In this document: positions 1 to 14,839 of the stretch, in pieces | Position numbering within the stretch: the first letter of the stretch is position 1 | Layout: the number at the start of each line of letters is the position of its first letter | From: Octopus bimaculoides | Lineage: Eukaryota | NCBI RefSeq assembly: GCF_001194135.2 | Contig: NC_068994.1 | Coordinates: 21,344,108-21,408,107, forward strand | Length of the DNA stretch: 64,000 nt | Direction of reading: 5' to 3' | Position numbers and translations under genes: made by a program | Notes under the pieces: generated by a model | Database searches by the model: none | Seen by the model: only the letters and a program-made list of their open reading frames with translations | What the model was told of the DNA's origin: nothing

Positions 1-59
1 TGCTTAAGCCTTTCACAAGTAATATAAATGAAGTTAAAACACTTCCAGCCAGGAATAGA

Positions 60-1110
60 AACCATATCCTAAATAGGGCTTGTGTGGTAAAGTAGGAGTG
101 CTGCTGATTAACACTTTGCGTATTCATTGTATTAATTCTGAAGAGATGAAATGCAAAATGAATGCCAGTAAGATGTGAACAAAAAACATTTGAATGTAAT
201 AAATACAAGGCATTTTGTCCCGTGTTCAAATGTATTCTGTCAATCCACTACCTTAACAACAAGAATGGTAATAGTAAGAATATTAAGAATTCTTTATAAT
301 TTTGGCACAAGGTCAACAATTTTGATGGGAAGGGGCATGTTGATTACATTGACCCCAGGACTTGAATACTACTTTATTTTATTGACCTTGAAAGGATGAA
401 AAGTAAAGTTGACCTAAGCAGAATTTGAACAAGACAATAAAGTGCAAGAAGTGCTAAGCATTTCGTCTGATGCAGTAATGATTTCTGTTAGCTCAAAATT
501 ACTGAATTACGAAGAGACAAACTCATATTTTAAGATAGAGTGGAGATGATTAAATCTACACCAGTATTTGACTGGTAGTTAAGATGAAAATTTAGAAGTC
601 CATCCTGGAAGGATTTGAACTTGGAATATAAAGTGGAGTTACTGAATACCAGAGGACATTTTCACCAGCACTCCATTAACTCTGCCAATTCACTGCCCTA
701 TCAATAACAATATCAATTATAACATAATCTAAAGCCGGAACATTGTTATTAGGAAGATAAGGTCAAGTAAATCACCTAGAATTTGGTTGGTTCTTTTTTT
801 ATCAATTCTAGAAGAATGAAAGGAAAAGTTGACATTCACAGGATTTCACCTCAGAAAGTAAATACCATGAGGTATTTTGACTGCCTTCTATTGATTCTAT
901 AATTTCAAATTTGGCACAATGCCACAGATTTTTGGGAGAAAAGACAATTAAAATCATCCCCAGTATTACTTCAGTGGTACTTATCAAGCTCAAATAGACG
1001 GAAGCAAAGTTGACCCTGGCAGAATTTGAACTCAGAACATAAAAGGATTTAATTAAATATTGCAAGGCATTTTGTCTGGCATTTGACTAGTTCTACCACT
1101 CACTGCCTTA
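60..1110 (-). mobile_element. About five degenerate head-to-tail copies of a ~200-bp tRNA-derived SINE
   Basis: Recurring plus-strand motifs: ttgaccttgaaaggatgaaaag(t/c)aaagttgacc...gaatttgaac(tc)agaac...aaggcattttgtc...cactcactgcc. ttcaaattc on the minus strand resembles a B box. Confidence 0.65.
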
Positions 1111-2338
1111 GAATAATAATAATAATAATAAAAGGGGAATGATAAATGTTAATCAATAAAAGCCCTTTAACTGAATCAATAAGCAAAGGGCTATTTTCTA
1201 AACAACAACATCAACAACAACAGGTTTTCAACCAGAGAAGGACCAGGACTAATCTAAACTAGTCAATTCACATTGGTCTATACTACACATTGTGGACATT
1301 TTGTAGAAAATAAAAGTAAAAAATAACATTAGAAATATCCAACTGCACATAAAAGAGTTGTTAAAAAAGTGAAAAAGAGTGAAGATAATAAAAGTGCAAG
1401 TACACACATGTTTCAAAATACTTGTTAATTTTTATAAAAAGAAATTTATTTTGTGTAAGCAGAAAAGAAGGGGGAAAGAATTATATTTACATAGATATGT
1501 GCAAGAAAGTACCCGTACAACTAAGCAGAGTCTACTCTAGGGTAAATTCCAAGTGCTCAGTTACTTTTCCATTTGGCCAGCAACATCTTAACAGTCAATT
1601 CATTATTTAAGGATACTATAATATTCTTAGCCTACATATATAATAAATATGTGTGTGTGTGTGTGTGTGTGTAGTTTCAACAGCAAGTTGGCAGTAAAAT
1701 TAACAAAGTAAAAAATATTCTAAATTCTTAAAATTGCTACAATGGTTGCAAAAAAGCCAAAAGAAATAGAATCATTTCTTTTCTGGAGGAAAATAATAAA
1801 TTCTTGTCAAATATAAATAAGGCTTCATGAAGGAGAAAATGAGATAATATGACATTCATGACTTTCTCAAAGGCATTAGCTGTATAAATGGCTTTAACAA
1901 ACAAAACTAGGTCTTCTATATAGCTTGCCACATTGACAATAAAAATATCATCTTTTGATGATGCAGAAGGCCAACTTTGAAAAGAGAAGTCAATTAAATG
2001 AAGTTCAGAATATTGACAATTCTTAAATTTAACATTCTAGAATGTTGAAATAACAAAGCTGGCTTTAGCAGAGTTTGACTTCAGAATATCAAGATACTAA
2101 ACTAGACACTAGTTTAGCCCGCACCATTTGTGCTAATTTCTCTGCTGTATCAAATTCTACAAAAGTTTATATTGACAATAAATTCATTTTAATTGAAATT
2201 TTAATTACATTCAATGAAAATAAACAACCAGGTCTTTATCTGAAATATTCAGATGAAAAATGTCCTTAATATATAATACAATATGATAATACAACAGAGA
2301 ATCCTGTATGTATATGTATTTTATATATATTTACAAAT

Positions 2339-2340
<2 letters not shown>

Positions 2341-2391
<51 letters not shown>
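2341..2391. repeat. (GT)25 microsatellite
   Basis: Directly visible; one of dozens of (TA)n/(CA)n tracts in the window. Confidence 0.99.
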
Positions 2392-2393
<2 letters not shown>

Positions 2394-3799
2394 GATATAT
2401 ATGCATCTTCTGATGCAATGAATTTTTGAATATTTATAATGTCTAAAGGGTAACTTTGTGTTATAAAAAAGATATTGTTTTACCTGAGGACTTGCTAAGC
2501 TGCCTGGTTAGTAATCATACAACAGTTGTACCTAAAATACTCAAACTACACACATACACATACACACAATGTAACCAGTCAGAGCAAAGAATAATTGCAA
2601 GCACAAGACAAAAAGGGGAGAATATATTCCATTACCCTTAAGGGATAGGATTAAAATAACAGACTTTCCAATATAATTCTGGATGCCACATACTCATGTT
2701 TAAAAGAAAGAAAAATGACAACAGAAAATATTCCCAAAGAGGGTCTAGTGAAGAATAGGAAAGCAGAAAATGTTGGAATGATTTTTAACATTTAATAGAT
2801 AATGTAGAGATTTATTCATATACTCAAAAATATATGTACATGCATACACATATAATCATAAGTTTCATCTAGGATTGGGGGGGGGGGGTAATCTTTGCAG
2901 GGTCATTACTCAGTCCCACTTACAGAGACCAATCCTAACTTCTTGTCTGCCAGAGAGAAAGTGGAATTCAGAAATACCCAGTGAAAAGGAGGAAAAAAAA
3001 AATTGTAGAGAAAGAAAATGATGGGGTGGTGGAAAGGGGTTGTGTGAAAGCAGAGAATGATAATACTCCTGCATTGTGCTAATACCGACTCACTAAAAAC
3101 AGAGTGAAATACGCTCAGTTTTGTGAAAGTTAGTAAATGGTAGCGATGGTATTGGTTAGCTTAGTCTGCACAGAATGGCAAAAATATGCACTAGTTACAA
3201 TGATGGAGATTGGAAGGTCAAGCAGAGAATTAAGGACAGGAGGATACAGGCAGATGATTAGTGCAAAAGAAGGACTGAAAATGGCATTAAAATAGCAAAA
3301 AGTTAAAAGTAAAGGAGGGAAACAGAGAGAAAAAGAAATTTCACTGAGATCATGTCATCCACTTGATTTGGTTGATGAGATTTAATATCCTACAAACAAT
3401 TATAAGCAAGAAAATAAAGGTTGAGGCTTTTAAACCCACCAATTAAAATATAGAGAAAAACAATAAATCTATCACACAAGATACAATTGTTTGGAATCTC
3501 AGAAAATTGAAGGTGGAAGTATTAATAATATTTAGTCTCTGAAAATATTTTGTTACACTTTTCTCTGTGTGTATATGTGCACACACGTATATGTAGAACT
3601 ATACATACATATACATATATTATGTATATATGGTTTTCTTCTTTCTTTTTATTAAGTTTCATATGTAAAGCAATCTAGATTCACATAGAAAAGGCTATAT
3701 GTTTATTAGCAAAACTTATTTCATTCTTTTAAAAGAGTTATTTAGTAATGTATTAATAATAAAATTTCTAACAGAGCTCAAACTATGGTGAAACAACAT

Positions 3800-4200
3800 T
3801 AATAAATTATGGTGAAAAAGTATACTCAATTAAATCGAGATCATTATTGAGCTGGTACTTATTTATTGGCCTTGAAAGAATGGCAGGCAAGGTTTCATGG
3901 GATTTGAAGACAAAACACAAAGAGATGTAATTAGATTCTGTCAGGCATTTAATTTGTCACTACTGTTTTTGTTGTTCACTGGCTTTTTCGTAATTATACC
4001 AATACAATTATTTCTAATTTTGGCATGAAGCTTTGGGGAAGGGAAATGTCAAAATGTCAATATCCAACCTGGATATAATTGGTATTTGTTTTATTGACTA
4101 TAGTAATACAAATGGCAAAGTTGGCAGGATTTAAATTCAGAATGTCAAGAAACTAAAAACTAGCATAGCATATCATCTGGTGCTGTACCAGTTTGTGATT
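3800..4200 (-). mobile_element. Two degenerate copies of the same ~200-bp SINE
   Basis: Motifs ggccttgaaagaatggcaggcaaggtttc...ggatttgaa and tggcaaagttggcaggatttaaattcagaatg. Confidence 0.55.
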
Positions 4201-5581
4201 GCCACATTACCAATGTTAATGATAATAAACAAATCTCTATGTAAAGAAATTAAAGACAAAACAATTAGAATTACTATTTGTTTTACTAAACCATAATATT
4301 TGTTTACCAAAAGAGAAAAGGAATAAAAATAAGTCAAATAAAGAGGAAAAAAAAAAGTAAGTTGAACTTTAGCATATGGAGAGGTTGATAAAAATGAAAT
4401 GAAAATTAACATTCAAGCTTTTCCCAAGTAAAGTACCTAAGCATCATCCAGAAAATTAAGGCCAGGCTAAACACACTTAGCTGCTCATAGTTTACTTCTA
4501 TGACACATTCACCTGGTCAAATCCAAAATGAAACTAGTTCATGGCTAACACATGTCAAATGGAAGTGGAGGGGTTAGAATATTAGTGGTAACAGCATTAA
4601 TAGATGGACATACATAAATATTAAAGAGATTTAAAATAATTTATTAAAGAAGGATTCTTTTTCTTTTTAAGGGTTTCACAAAATATACTGAGACTAGTGA
4701 CAAAGGAAGGTCATGAAGGTTCATAGCAATTAAAAGATTGCAGTGAGATATTGATGCTGAGACTGATTATGAGATGGGGTTGTGTAGTGATATGAGGGAT
4801 CCTATGAGAGACAATGAAGAGAATTAATGAGTTAATGAAAATGACTGAGCTAAGAAAACATATAGTCTGCTAATCACAAGCAGCATGCTTGACTGTTGTT
4901 ACTGCAAGGAAAAATACATTCATCTATCTGTTTATATATGCATGCACATATTAATATATGCATATATATATATATATATATTATTTTGCTTAAAAGAGTT
5001 CCAACACTGTCTGTTTTTTATGTTTTATTTATATTCCTGCCGAACTAATGTGGGGTATAGAATATGGAATATACAATATACAATATANNNNNNNNNNNNN
5101 NNNNNNNNNNNNNNNNNNNNNNNNNNNNNNNNNNNNNNNNNNNNNNNNNNNNNNNNNNNNNNNNNNNNNNNNNNNNNNNNNNNNNNNNNNNNNNNNNNNN
5201 NNNNNNNNNNNNNNNNNNNNNNNNNNNNNNNNNNNNNNNNNNNNNNNNNNNNNNNNNNNNNNNNNNNNNNNNNNNNNNNNNNNNNNNNNNNNNNNNNNNN
5301 NNNNNNNNNNNNNNNNNNNNNNNNNNNNNNNNNNNNNNNNNNNNNNNNNNNNNNNNNNNNNNNNNNNNNNNNNNNNNNNNNNNNNNNNNNNNNNNNNNNN
5401 NNNNNNNNNNNNNNNNNNNNNNNNNNNNNNNNNNNNNNNNNNNNNNNNNNNNNNNNNNNNNNNNNNNNNNNNNNNNNNNNNNNNNNNNNNNNNNNNNNNN
5501 NNNNNNNNNNNNNNNNNNNNNNNNNNNNNNNNNNNNNNNNNNNNNNNNNNNNNNNNNNNNNNNNNNNNNNNNNNNNNNNNN

Positions 5582-5626
<45 letters not shown>

Positions 5627-5939
5627 CATATATAAGTAGATGTATACACACACACATATATATATGCACATACACATATGTATGTATATAGTAATCTGTA
5701 TATCATACTTAAAGCAGATATATCATTGAAAGCCTGCTAAACTGTAGTATTCATCTCAAGAAAGCATCTTTTATAGATGTATAATGTTAAAAACAAAAAT
5801 ATATAAACAGCAGATGAAAATTGTATATGCATATATGTATGTATCTATGTGTGTGTGTGTGCATCTATGTGTGGGAGTTTGTGTCTCCTTTTCTTGACAA
5901 CATGTAATAGCTGTAAACACGGTCACCATCATTTGAGTG

Positions 5940-6110
5940 TTGTTCATTTCCAATCTTCTAATGGAAATATATCCAGCAATGAGAAAATACTTTGCTTGGA
6001 AACAGGTGAAGATTGGTGACAGGAAGGGAGTCCGGTTGTAGAAAATCTACCTCAATGAAATCTGTCTGACGACCAACACAAGCTTGGAAAAGTGAAAGAT
6101 AAAAAAAATG
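5940..6110 (+). mobile_element. SINE/RTE-type 3' tail fragment
   Basis: ggaaacaggtgaagattggtgacaggaagggagtccggttgtagaaaatctacctcaa...gatgac. Shares motifs with the tails at 26140-26335, 31321-31507 and, inverted, 55700-55850. Confidence 0.6.
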
Positions 6111-6112
6111 AT

Positions 6113-6152
<40 letters not shown>

Positions 6153-6221
6153 TACACATACATCTATATATGCATATATGTATGGGTGTATGTTTACCTG
6201 TGTCCATGGGCNNNNNNNNNN

Positions 6222-6254
<33 letters not shown>

Positions 6255-6290
6255 GTATACCTATACACATACGCATGCATATACACACAT

Positions 6291-6326
<36 letters not shown>

Positions 6327-6399
6327 GTATTACCTGTTTCACCTCCATGGAGTTATATATATATATCATAGCAATAATCTTTTCAAGTAATGTGGCATT

Positions 6400-6424
6400 T
6401 AAGCCTGCATGTGTGTGTGTGTGC

Positions 6425-6463
<39 letters not shown>

Positions 6464-7331
6464 CCTGTGTTTGTTTATATTTGCTTTCTATGAAAGTCCC
6501 TACAAATGGTGGTGTGATTTCTCCTGTCAGAAACGAATCTTCCGCTTACTTCAAAGGTGCATGAAATAAAAGATTTCTTACTTGAAAAGCATGTAAGGGT
6601 TAGTAAAAGGAAGGACATTCTGGTTGTAAAAGAATGTCTTAATAATATACACACATTAGTTACGTATTTTGGCTAATTATGGAATACCTAATCAAGATTT
6701 GCCTATACAGCAATCATATGACATGTAACTTTGGAATTATACTTCTACCACCATGGGTAATATCAAGAAATATAGCATACATACAATAACTTTAATGTAA
6801 GTTTTATCAAATTACTTGGTGTTAATATAAATTTTAAAAATATTTATTACCTTAACATGAAATTAAATTTCTCATTTATATAACTCATATTTTGTGGCCT
6901 GTGATTCTTTCTCTCTCATTATGTATATGTATGTGCTGCATTTTTTTACACTTTGCCTGCCACCAAGCCTTGTATGTGGACTCATACTGCAGGTATTATG
7001 CTCTATCTGTATTTGTCATTTACTTTCTACCCTCTCTATATACAATGTCAAGTGTGGCTGCAGAAATTACCCAAACACCTTTTACATGCACTATTATTAT
7101 ATATATTATGTATGCCCATTATTTTACATAAGTATAATTTATATCTATCTATCTGCATATAGAAATAGGTGCAAGCATGAGTGTGTGACAAAGTTTGCTT
7201 TCCCATTAAATATTTTAATGTTCAGTCCTACTGTGCAAGTGTCTTTTACTATAGTCCCATATCAACAAAAGCTTTGTGAGTAAATTTAGTAGATGGAAAC
7301 TAAAAAGAAGCCTGCATGTGTGTGTGTGTGC

Positions 7332-7372
<41 letters not shown>

Positions 7373-7589
7373 NNNNNNNNNNTATATATATATATATACA
7401 TACCTGTGTTTGTTTATATTTGCTTTCTATGAAAGTCCCTACAAATGGTGGTGTGATTTCTCCTGTCAGAAACGAATCTTCCGCTTACTTCAAAGGTGCA
7501 TGAAATAAAAGATTTCTTACTTGAAAAGCATGTAAGGGTTAGTAAAAGGAAGGACATTCTGGTTGTAAAAGAATGTCTTAATAATATAC
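6400..7589. repeat. Local duplication: 6400-6650 and 7307-7589, microsatellite plus 191 identical bp
   Basis: catacctgtgtttg...aataatatac is base-for-base identical at 6460-6650 and 7399-7589 by manual comparison. Confidence 0.9.
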
Positions 7590-7646
7590 CTGTCTAACCC
7601 ATGCTAGCATTGAAAACAATTGTAGAATGAAAAAATAAATACAGAA

Positions 7647-7688
<42 letters not shown>

Positions 7689-9229
7689 TGATGATGATGA
7701 TGATGATATATAGATATATATATATATAGATAGATAGATACACACACAAACTGTTATTTTTTTGTTCTTAGTTCTGTTTTTCCATTCTAAGATAGGTTAG
7801 ACAAATATATTTTTGAGACATTCTTTTACATCAAGATGCTCTTCTTGTTGCTAACACTTGTTTTTCAAGTAGAGGGTCTCTTATTCCACGTGTCTTAGAA
7901 GGTACAAAACCAGTGGATTATTTTTTTGGCAGGAGAAAAAAGACTTCATCACTTGCAGTTCAGTGATGCCTGGAGAAGTGCAAATGCAAGCAAACATATA
8001 CATATCCATATAAGATTTATATATATTTTAAAGGGCTTTCGGTTTCTGTCTATGAAATACACTTAGTTCAAGTCATATGGTTGCAAAGCGAACTTTTTAA
8101 CCAAAGAGCTCTGCCTTCATCCAATTATCATTTTTACATCCTATTTATCCCTGCTAGCATGGAAAAGCCTTCTTGTTATTTTAAGCAAAGTATTTTAATT
8201 TCACATCTTTGCATGCTGAACAATCATAAGAAAATTAACATGTGTGCAGGTTCTGAGGTGCCCCTGTGAAACCAAGTGGAAACAACCAAACACTCATGCA
8301 CACATCGCCCTTATATACAAGTATTTCTTGTTAATCCAGGGCATCATAATGTTTTGGGAGATCATAAAATGTTTTCCATCTGACTATATAGGTCGAGAAC
8401 AGTGAGGAAGTACTAAAGTGTTCACTTAAGTGTGCTAAAATTGCATGTAAGACCAATAGTTGATGATACAAGTTTTCCCTCTCCACATAGTCAGTTTTGT
8501 AAAGTATGGGTAAGGCCAATACAGCCTGGTACAATTATTACAGTTGGTAATGTTCATCGGTCATAGGGAGACAAAACGACAATCAGTAGTAGATCGAACT
8601 GACTCTAACATTCTGATATATNNNNNNNNNNNNNNNNNNNNNNNNNNNNNNNNNNNNNNNNNNNNNNNNNNNNNNNNNNNNNNNNNNNNNNNNNNNNNNN
8701 NNNNATATATATATATATATATATATACATATGCAAGTATGTTAGTGAGTGAGTAAACTACATACTTGAGAAAATTTTGGGAAATTTTAGAAAGTGAATA
8801 ACTTTGTTGCTGAGATATAAGTATTGATGCAAACCTGCTGAAGGTGACAATGTAAGAATGAACTAAATTGGATCTGGCATATTTTGATAGGTTTCTTGTA
8901 AAAATAATTGCTTAATTTTAATTTCTTCTATTGACGGCTCTGGTTAGTCTCAAACAAATGTATTTATTTATAAACAATATTATATATGTAAATTATATTC
9001 TATTGCAGCTTTGGTTGCTCTAGGGCTGTTATAAAAGAACTTGCCAAATACATGTGCAACACAGTAATTGAACCTAAAAGCATCTAGTTGCAAAGTGAAT
9101 ATTTTAACCAAAAAACTGTGCCTGCATCTAAACATTCTTACAACTTATTTATTTCTGCTGGAATGGTAGAGTTTTCTTCTTAATATAATATGTACATACC
9201 CACACCGACACACATACCCACACACCCAC

Positions 9230-9260
<31 letters not shown>

Positions 9261-9449
9261 CATACATATTACACACATATACTAAATGAAATTTATTCAT
9301 TATATACTTATATATATAAATATACATATAAATACAAATATATGTGGTGAACACATTTTTTTAGAAATGATATATTAAAAACATAGCCTCCTTTAAATTT
9401 CATGAGGTCATTNNNNNNNNNNNNNNNNNNNNNNNNNNNNNNNNNNNNN

Positions 9450-9493
<44 letters not shown>

Positions 9494-9739
9494 AGAGAGA
9501 GATAGGAGGAGGGAGAGTGAGATACACAAACACTTACACACATGCAGAGAAATAGAAATATGTAGGGAAAAATATACTACCTTGAAAAAGAATTTTTATG
9601 ACCTAATGCAAGCATTGTGATCCCTTCTAGATGTGTGCAAAATTTTGTAATTATGTATCTGTTATATACAATATATTACATACATATATATATAATGTAC
9701 ATATAATATATATATATGTAATGTACATATTGTATATGA

Positions 9740-9781
<42 letters not shown>

Positions 9782-10129
9782 NNNNNNNNNNNNNNNNNNN
9801 NNNNNNNNNNNNNNNNNNNNNNNNNNNNNNNNNNNNNNNNNNNNNNNNNNNNNNNNNNNNNNNNNNNNNNNNNNNNNNNNNNNNNNNNNNNNNNNNNNNN
9901 NNNNNNNNNNNNNNNNNNNNNNNNNNNNNNNNNNNNNNNNNNNNNNNNNNNNNNNNNNNNNNNNNNNNNNNNNNNNNNNNNATATATATATATATATATA
10001 TATATACTTTATATGTATGTATATATGCATACATATATATTTATATCTATATACAATACACACATATGTTTTATTAGTTTCAGCTCACAACTGTGGCCAT
10101 GCTGTCACACCACTGGTTTGGTACATTGT

Positions 10130-10890
10130 TATTATTGAGAGCCTCTGATATGTGACATTTGGTGAAGAAGGGAGTTCAAATTCACTACCCTCATTTGAAT
10201 CTCCTCCCATGAGGTAGGTTCATCTGGCACTCTTGACAGGAGGAGATCCAGTTTTGATTTGGAAACACCTACATCCAATTTGTGTAGGTCTTTGAGGCTC
10301 TTTGGGAGAATATTAAAAAGCTGTAGGCCCCTGAAACCCAGGAATTTGCTGCAACTGGTCCCAAAGTGTGATGGCATTGCTGGCATCTTTAGCACTGTGC
10401 AGTGGTGACCCATTGTGGCATTTGTGTACCTTTTAATGCCAAAATTTGGCACAACCCCTTCCAGGATCTTCCAGACATACATTACTGCATATCATCTTTC
10501 TCACCTTTGCTCCAGTACGTAGAGAGTTAGCTGTTTCAGCCTATCCCAGTAGCTGAGCTATTACAATGAGACAATTGTCTTTGCAAAGCATTACTGGATT
10601 TTTTTACGGTCCACTGTTTATTTTACACTGTTGGGTGACTATAACTGGGAGCAGTAGTCCTGGTAGCTGAAGATGAATGTCCTCCAAAGGACCATCATGG
10701 TGTCCTTCTCTCTGGTTCTGAGGGTTCTCAGGATCCATCAAGCCCGCTGTCTGAACTTCGTCGCCATCCCGGGCATGTGCACTTGGAAAAAAGTATCCTC
10801 ACATGTCAATACCCAGGTCCTGTACAGATTTAGACTCTGGAATTCTTATGTACCATGTGTCAGCGTACCCTGTAACCTTTATATTCAGTT
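10130..10890 (-). mobile_element. CR1/L2-group LINE, decayed C-terminal part of ORF2
   Basis: Translations WILRTLRTREKDTMMVLWRTFI..DYCSQL*SP and YVWKILEGVVPN...RGLQLFNILPKSLKDL...KSKLDLLLSRVPDEP are typical of the region downstream of the RT in the CR1 group. Confidence 0.8.
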
Positions 10891-11044
10891 TTGACCACTG
10901 GTAGCGCAGGGCTTCGAACTTTTCAGCATTAAACTAAATATTTTTGTCTTCAGCCCATATAAACACACAGTATATATATATATCAATATACAGATAGATA
11001 GTATATACATTTATATATGTATAGATATATATATATATATATAT

Positions 11045-11086
<42 letters not shown>

Positions 11087-11129
11087 AATAATAAGATACT
11101 CAGATATCTGGGTGGTTGTACATTTACAG

Positions 11130-11174
<45 letters not shown>

Positions 11175-11399
11175 TGTATATATATTACAATTGTGTAATT
11201 GTATAAGAAGACAGTCTAGGGGAGTATTATTGTTTGTTGCTTTGAAGGGTAAATTTTTGGTGGGGCTTTGTAACTCTGAAAATCAGCATGTGAATGGACC
11301 AATCATTAGCAATAAGCATGACATCAACATCAACACCACAACCATCACCAGCATCATTGTAATTATCATCATTAGCATGAACTAGCGAAAGACAGACAA

Positions 11400-11442
11400 G
11401 CCAGTTGAACAATATATTGTTTGTACAGTTTTTGCCTTTAAT
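11400..11442 (-). terminator. Candidate distal polyadenylation site
   Basis: ATTAAA (11442-11437), CA dinucleotides about 14 and 18 nt downstream, then a GU-rich tract TTGTTCAACTGGCTTGTCTGTCTTT. Confidence 0.35.
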
Positions 11443-14400
11443 TTAACAACAAAATTGTAATAATAAAAAAAAGGGACAAATCAGTACTTGAATAAATAAG
11501 TTAATTAAAAAGATGAATAAAAAAATAAACTAAAGATAAAGGGAAAGAAAATAGAATTTGGGGGTATTTCAAGGGTATCAACTGATGCAATTTTTTTAAT
11601 TTATAAACTTTTTTTCACAAGTTTTTAGAAAAATTATAGTTTAAAAGTTAAAAATTTTTTTTATAAATTAAATATTTATTATTCCAAATTATATTTTTAT
11701 GGTCTCTTTCCAAGTATAAATTAGAACTGAATGAATAAATTAGCAAAAAACATTGCAAAAAAATAATATATACGAGAAAAATGAAAGGAAAAATAATTGT
11801 ATTTGTTTGTGTGTGTGTATGCATGCATGTGCATTTCTCTCATGTGTTATCCTTTGTCAATGTTATGTTTTATCTTTATATAAAATAGCTATTTGGCAAA
11901 ATAAAATTGAAAAAAAAAATCAAATAAAAACAAACAAAAAATATAAACAAAAACTATAAAATGCAATATGACTGTCAAAAACATTGAGAGGGTTGGTTCT
12001 TCTAGGGGAGGTGCAGGGTCTAGTAAATATCTCACACAATAAAATAACATTAAAAAAAATTATACATGAACAACTAATTTCATAATGACATAGAATAACT
12101 AGAAATCTGAGAAATACAGAAATATTTCAAAAAAAAAAAAAAACTATAATGTAGTTTTAAATATTTTTTTTAAGGTGTTGGTATTCAAATCCCATTTAGT
12201 TATAAAAAGAAGAAGAAAAAAAACGTTACAGAAGCTCAAGTAAAAAAGTGAATTGTCCGAATGCTGGTTTACACAGAATTTTTTTTTTAAATCACAAAAC
12301 GAAATTCATTAAAAATGGAAAGAACAAGAAGGTGTGTGAGGTTCAGGAAATAAAACACAAATGGACTAATTAAAAACTGTCATATCTTTTGATTAGGCAA
12401 GAAGTCAAATTTTGTAATGAAAAGTAAATAGAAAACAGTATTTTACTGNNNNNNNNNNNNNNNNNNNNNNNNNNNNNNNNNNNNNNNNNNNNNNNNNNNN
12501 NNNNNNNNNNNNNNNNNNNNNNNNNNNNNNNNNNNNNNNNNNNNNNNNNNNNNNNNNNNNNNNNNNNNNNNNNNNNNNNNNNNNNNNNNNNNNNNNNNNN
12601 NNNNNNNNNNNNNNNNNNNNNNNNNNNNNNNNNNNNNNNNNNNNNNNNNNNNNNNNNNNNNNNNNNNNNNNNNNNNNNNNNNNNNNNNNNNNNNNNNNNN
12701 NNNNNNNNNNNNNNNNNNNNNNNNNNNNNNNNNNNNNNNNNNNNNNNNNNNNNNNNNNNNNNNNNNNNNNNNNNNNNNNNNNNNNNNNNNNNNNNNNNNN
12801 NNNNNNNNNNNNNNNNNNNNNNNNNNNNNNNNNNNNNNNNNNNNNNNNNATAACAATAGCTGTATATTGCCCATGTTCTTCTGGCGTTCACCTTTCACTG
12901 CTTCATGAGTTAAGTTCCTGCCAGTTACAAAATTTAATTATATAAGTATTTGAAAAATACAAATTTGACAAAGAAACCACAGAGTCTTGTTTATCATTAT
13001 AATAAAAATAATGATAAAGTATAAAGCAACAAAGAATTTTATGGTTCCTTTATATTGATAACTACTATATTCAAAAACATTAATGAAAATGGATTTGAAA
13101 CAAATCAGAATAAACTTACACACCAATTGAAAACAAACTATTACTGTGAACTGAGAGGACAGAATTGAAGGACAAAAATTAAAAAAAAAAAAAAAAAAGA
13201 TTTTCAAAGGACTAAGAATCAAAAGATTTTCTTTAATATAGAGATCAAAAATAAAGTTTATTTTAAGAACCTATATTAAAGGGAAGGAGTGAAGTCAAAA
13301 GACATGCCATCAAACAATACAAAATCTGGAGGTAGTTTCTACAGAATCAAACCAAAAGAGTTGAAGAAGGAAATGACAATTGTATATGCAGGACAATTAA
13401 ATGAATGAGAAAGAAAGAGAAATGTTAACTCTCTGGTAACTGTTTAGTGAGGGAGAAGGTGGCATAAATAAATAATACAGCAAAGTTATGCATTAACAAG
13501 TTGCAGAAAACGCTTGTATGTATATAATTGTGCATGTACAATATAGAAGGGTTAAGCAGAAACGGTGCAAACATCTTGATCAAATAGTTGAGCATTTTTA
13601 TATCACTGCTACTGCTTAATTTGCTTTTTTACTTAAAGATACTGAGCCTTTCCAGCTAATGTCCCTCTAAGTGCAAATAAAGCATTCAGAGAAGTAGTAA
13701 ATATTTCTAAGTGGTTTTTTTAAATGATTGTGAATAACTCTGATTTCATAACAGAAATGTCTGAGAGAAAAAAATCTGTCCTTAAGTCTATTGTAGGCAG
13801 ACAATATGAAATTAAGTAAATTGTGTAGATATTTTTATTTGCCCAACAAAACAGAGTAGATTTAAACATATCATCCTGGCATTTTCATTTCTACTAAGCA
13901 ATGAGGAATGGCTGACAAGCAGAATGAAATTAACTGACTAATGTGGAATACATTGTTTATAATGATATAATAACAAGCTGCCATGTTTAGCCAAGAACAG
14001 CAGCTGTACCAAAAACAGAAATGGAGTATGATTTCCAACTACCAAAGAAATCAGGGTATTGGGTTCTATGATTCTGTCAAGTTACAGTTTTAACACTACC
14101 CTCTCACTTTCAAAAAAAAAAGATCATAGACTGAAGGAAAGTCAAAATGACAGACATCTGTTACACATTCCTACATGTATGCATACATATAGATATAGTT
14201 ATACATAATTGCAGAAGCCATCCAGTCACACTTCATGTATAACAATGAAAATGATCAGTTATCAACGGAGAGAAAGAGGGAATGAAATACTGAAATGTTT
14301 TCCATAGTTGTTATCAACCAAAAAGGGTGAAATCAATAAAGCATCTAAAGACTTGCCAAATTGTCACCTGACTTGAAAAATAGCCAAAATAATGTTCCAA

Positions 14401-14839
14401 AGACAAGAAGTATTCTTGATTAACAACAGTCCTAATGTTCTAGAATAACATAGCTTAGAAGTAATCAATACTTTGCAGTAAAAAATACACATCAAAACTC
14501 ACAAATGTTTAGAAACAACAAAACAAAATCACTATGTATCTTATGAATTATACAATTCAAAACATATACTAAGTAAGCATGCCCTGACTAGAGTAGTTGT
14601 TAGGATGATGGATTCTTCATTGAAGCATTGGGTTATGAACAGTTGGAGGTGTGGTATTCATGTCTTGCCAAAGAACATTACAACATTAAATGATGTTGCT
14701 CCAACTGAAAATTGAAACTAAAGTGCCTATTTCATATGCAAAAAACTCATTGACATATGCCAAATAAAATAGATATAATAAATATAATCTCTATCTTTAT
14801 ATACTACTGGTACTTCTATTGACTCCAGGTAAATGAAAA

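Noticed and set aside
6460-7589. CRISPR-like or prokaryotic defence systems anywhere in the window
   Set aside because: The window is eukaryotic, intron-rich DNA. No regularly spaced repeat-spacer array or operon-like structure is present.
8331-8534. 67-aa ORF with transposon-like composition
   Set aside because: I could not match any catalytic motif in any frame; left unassigned.
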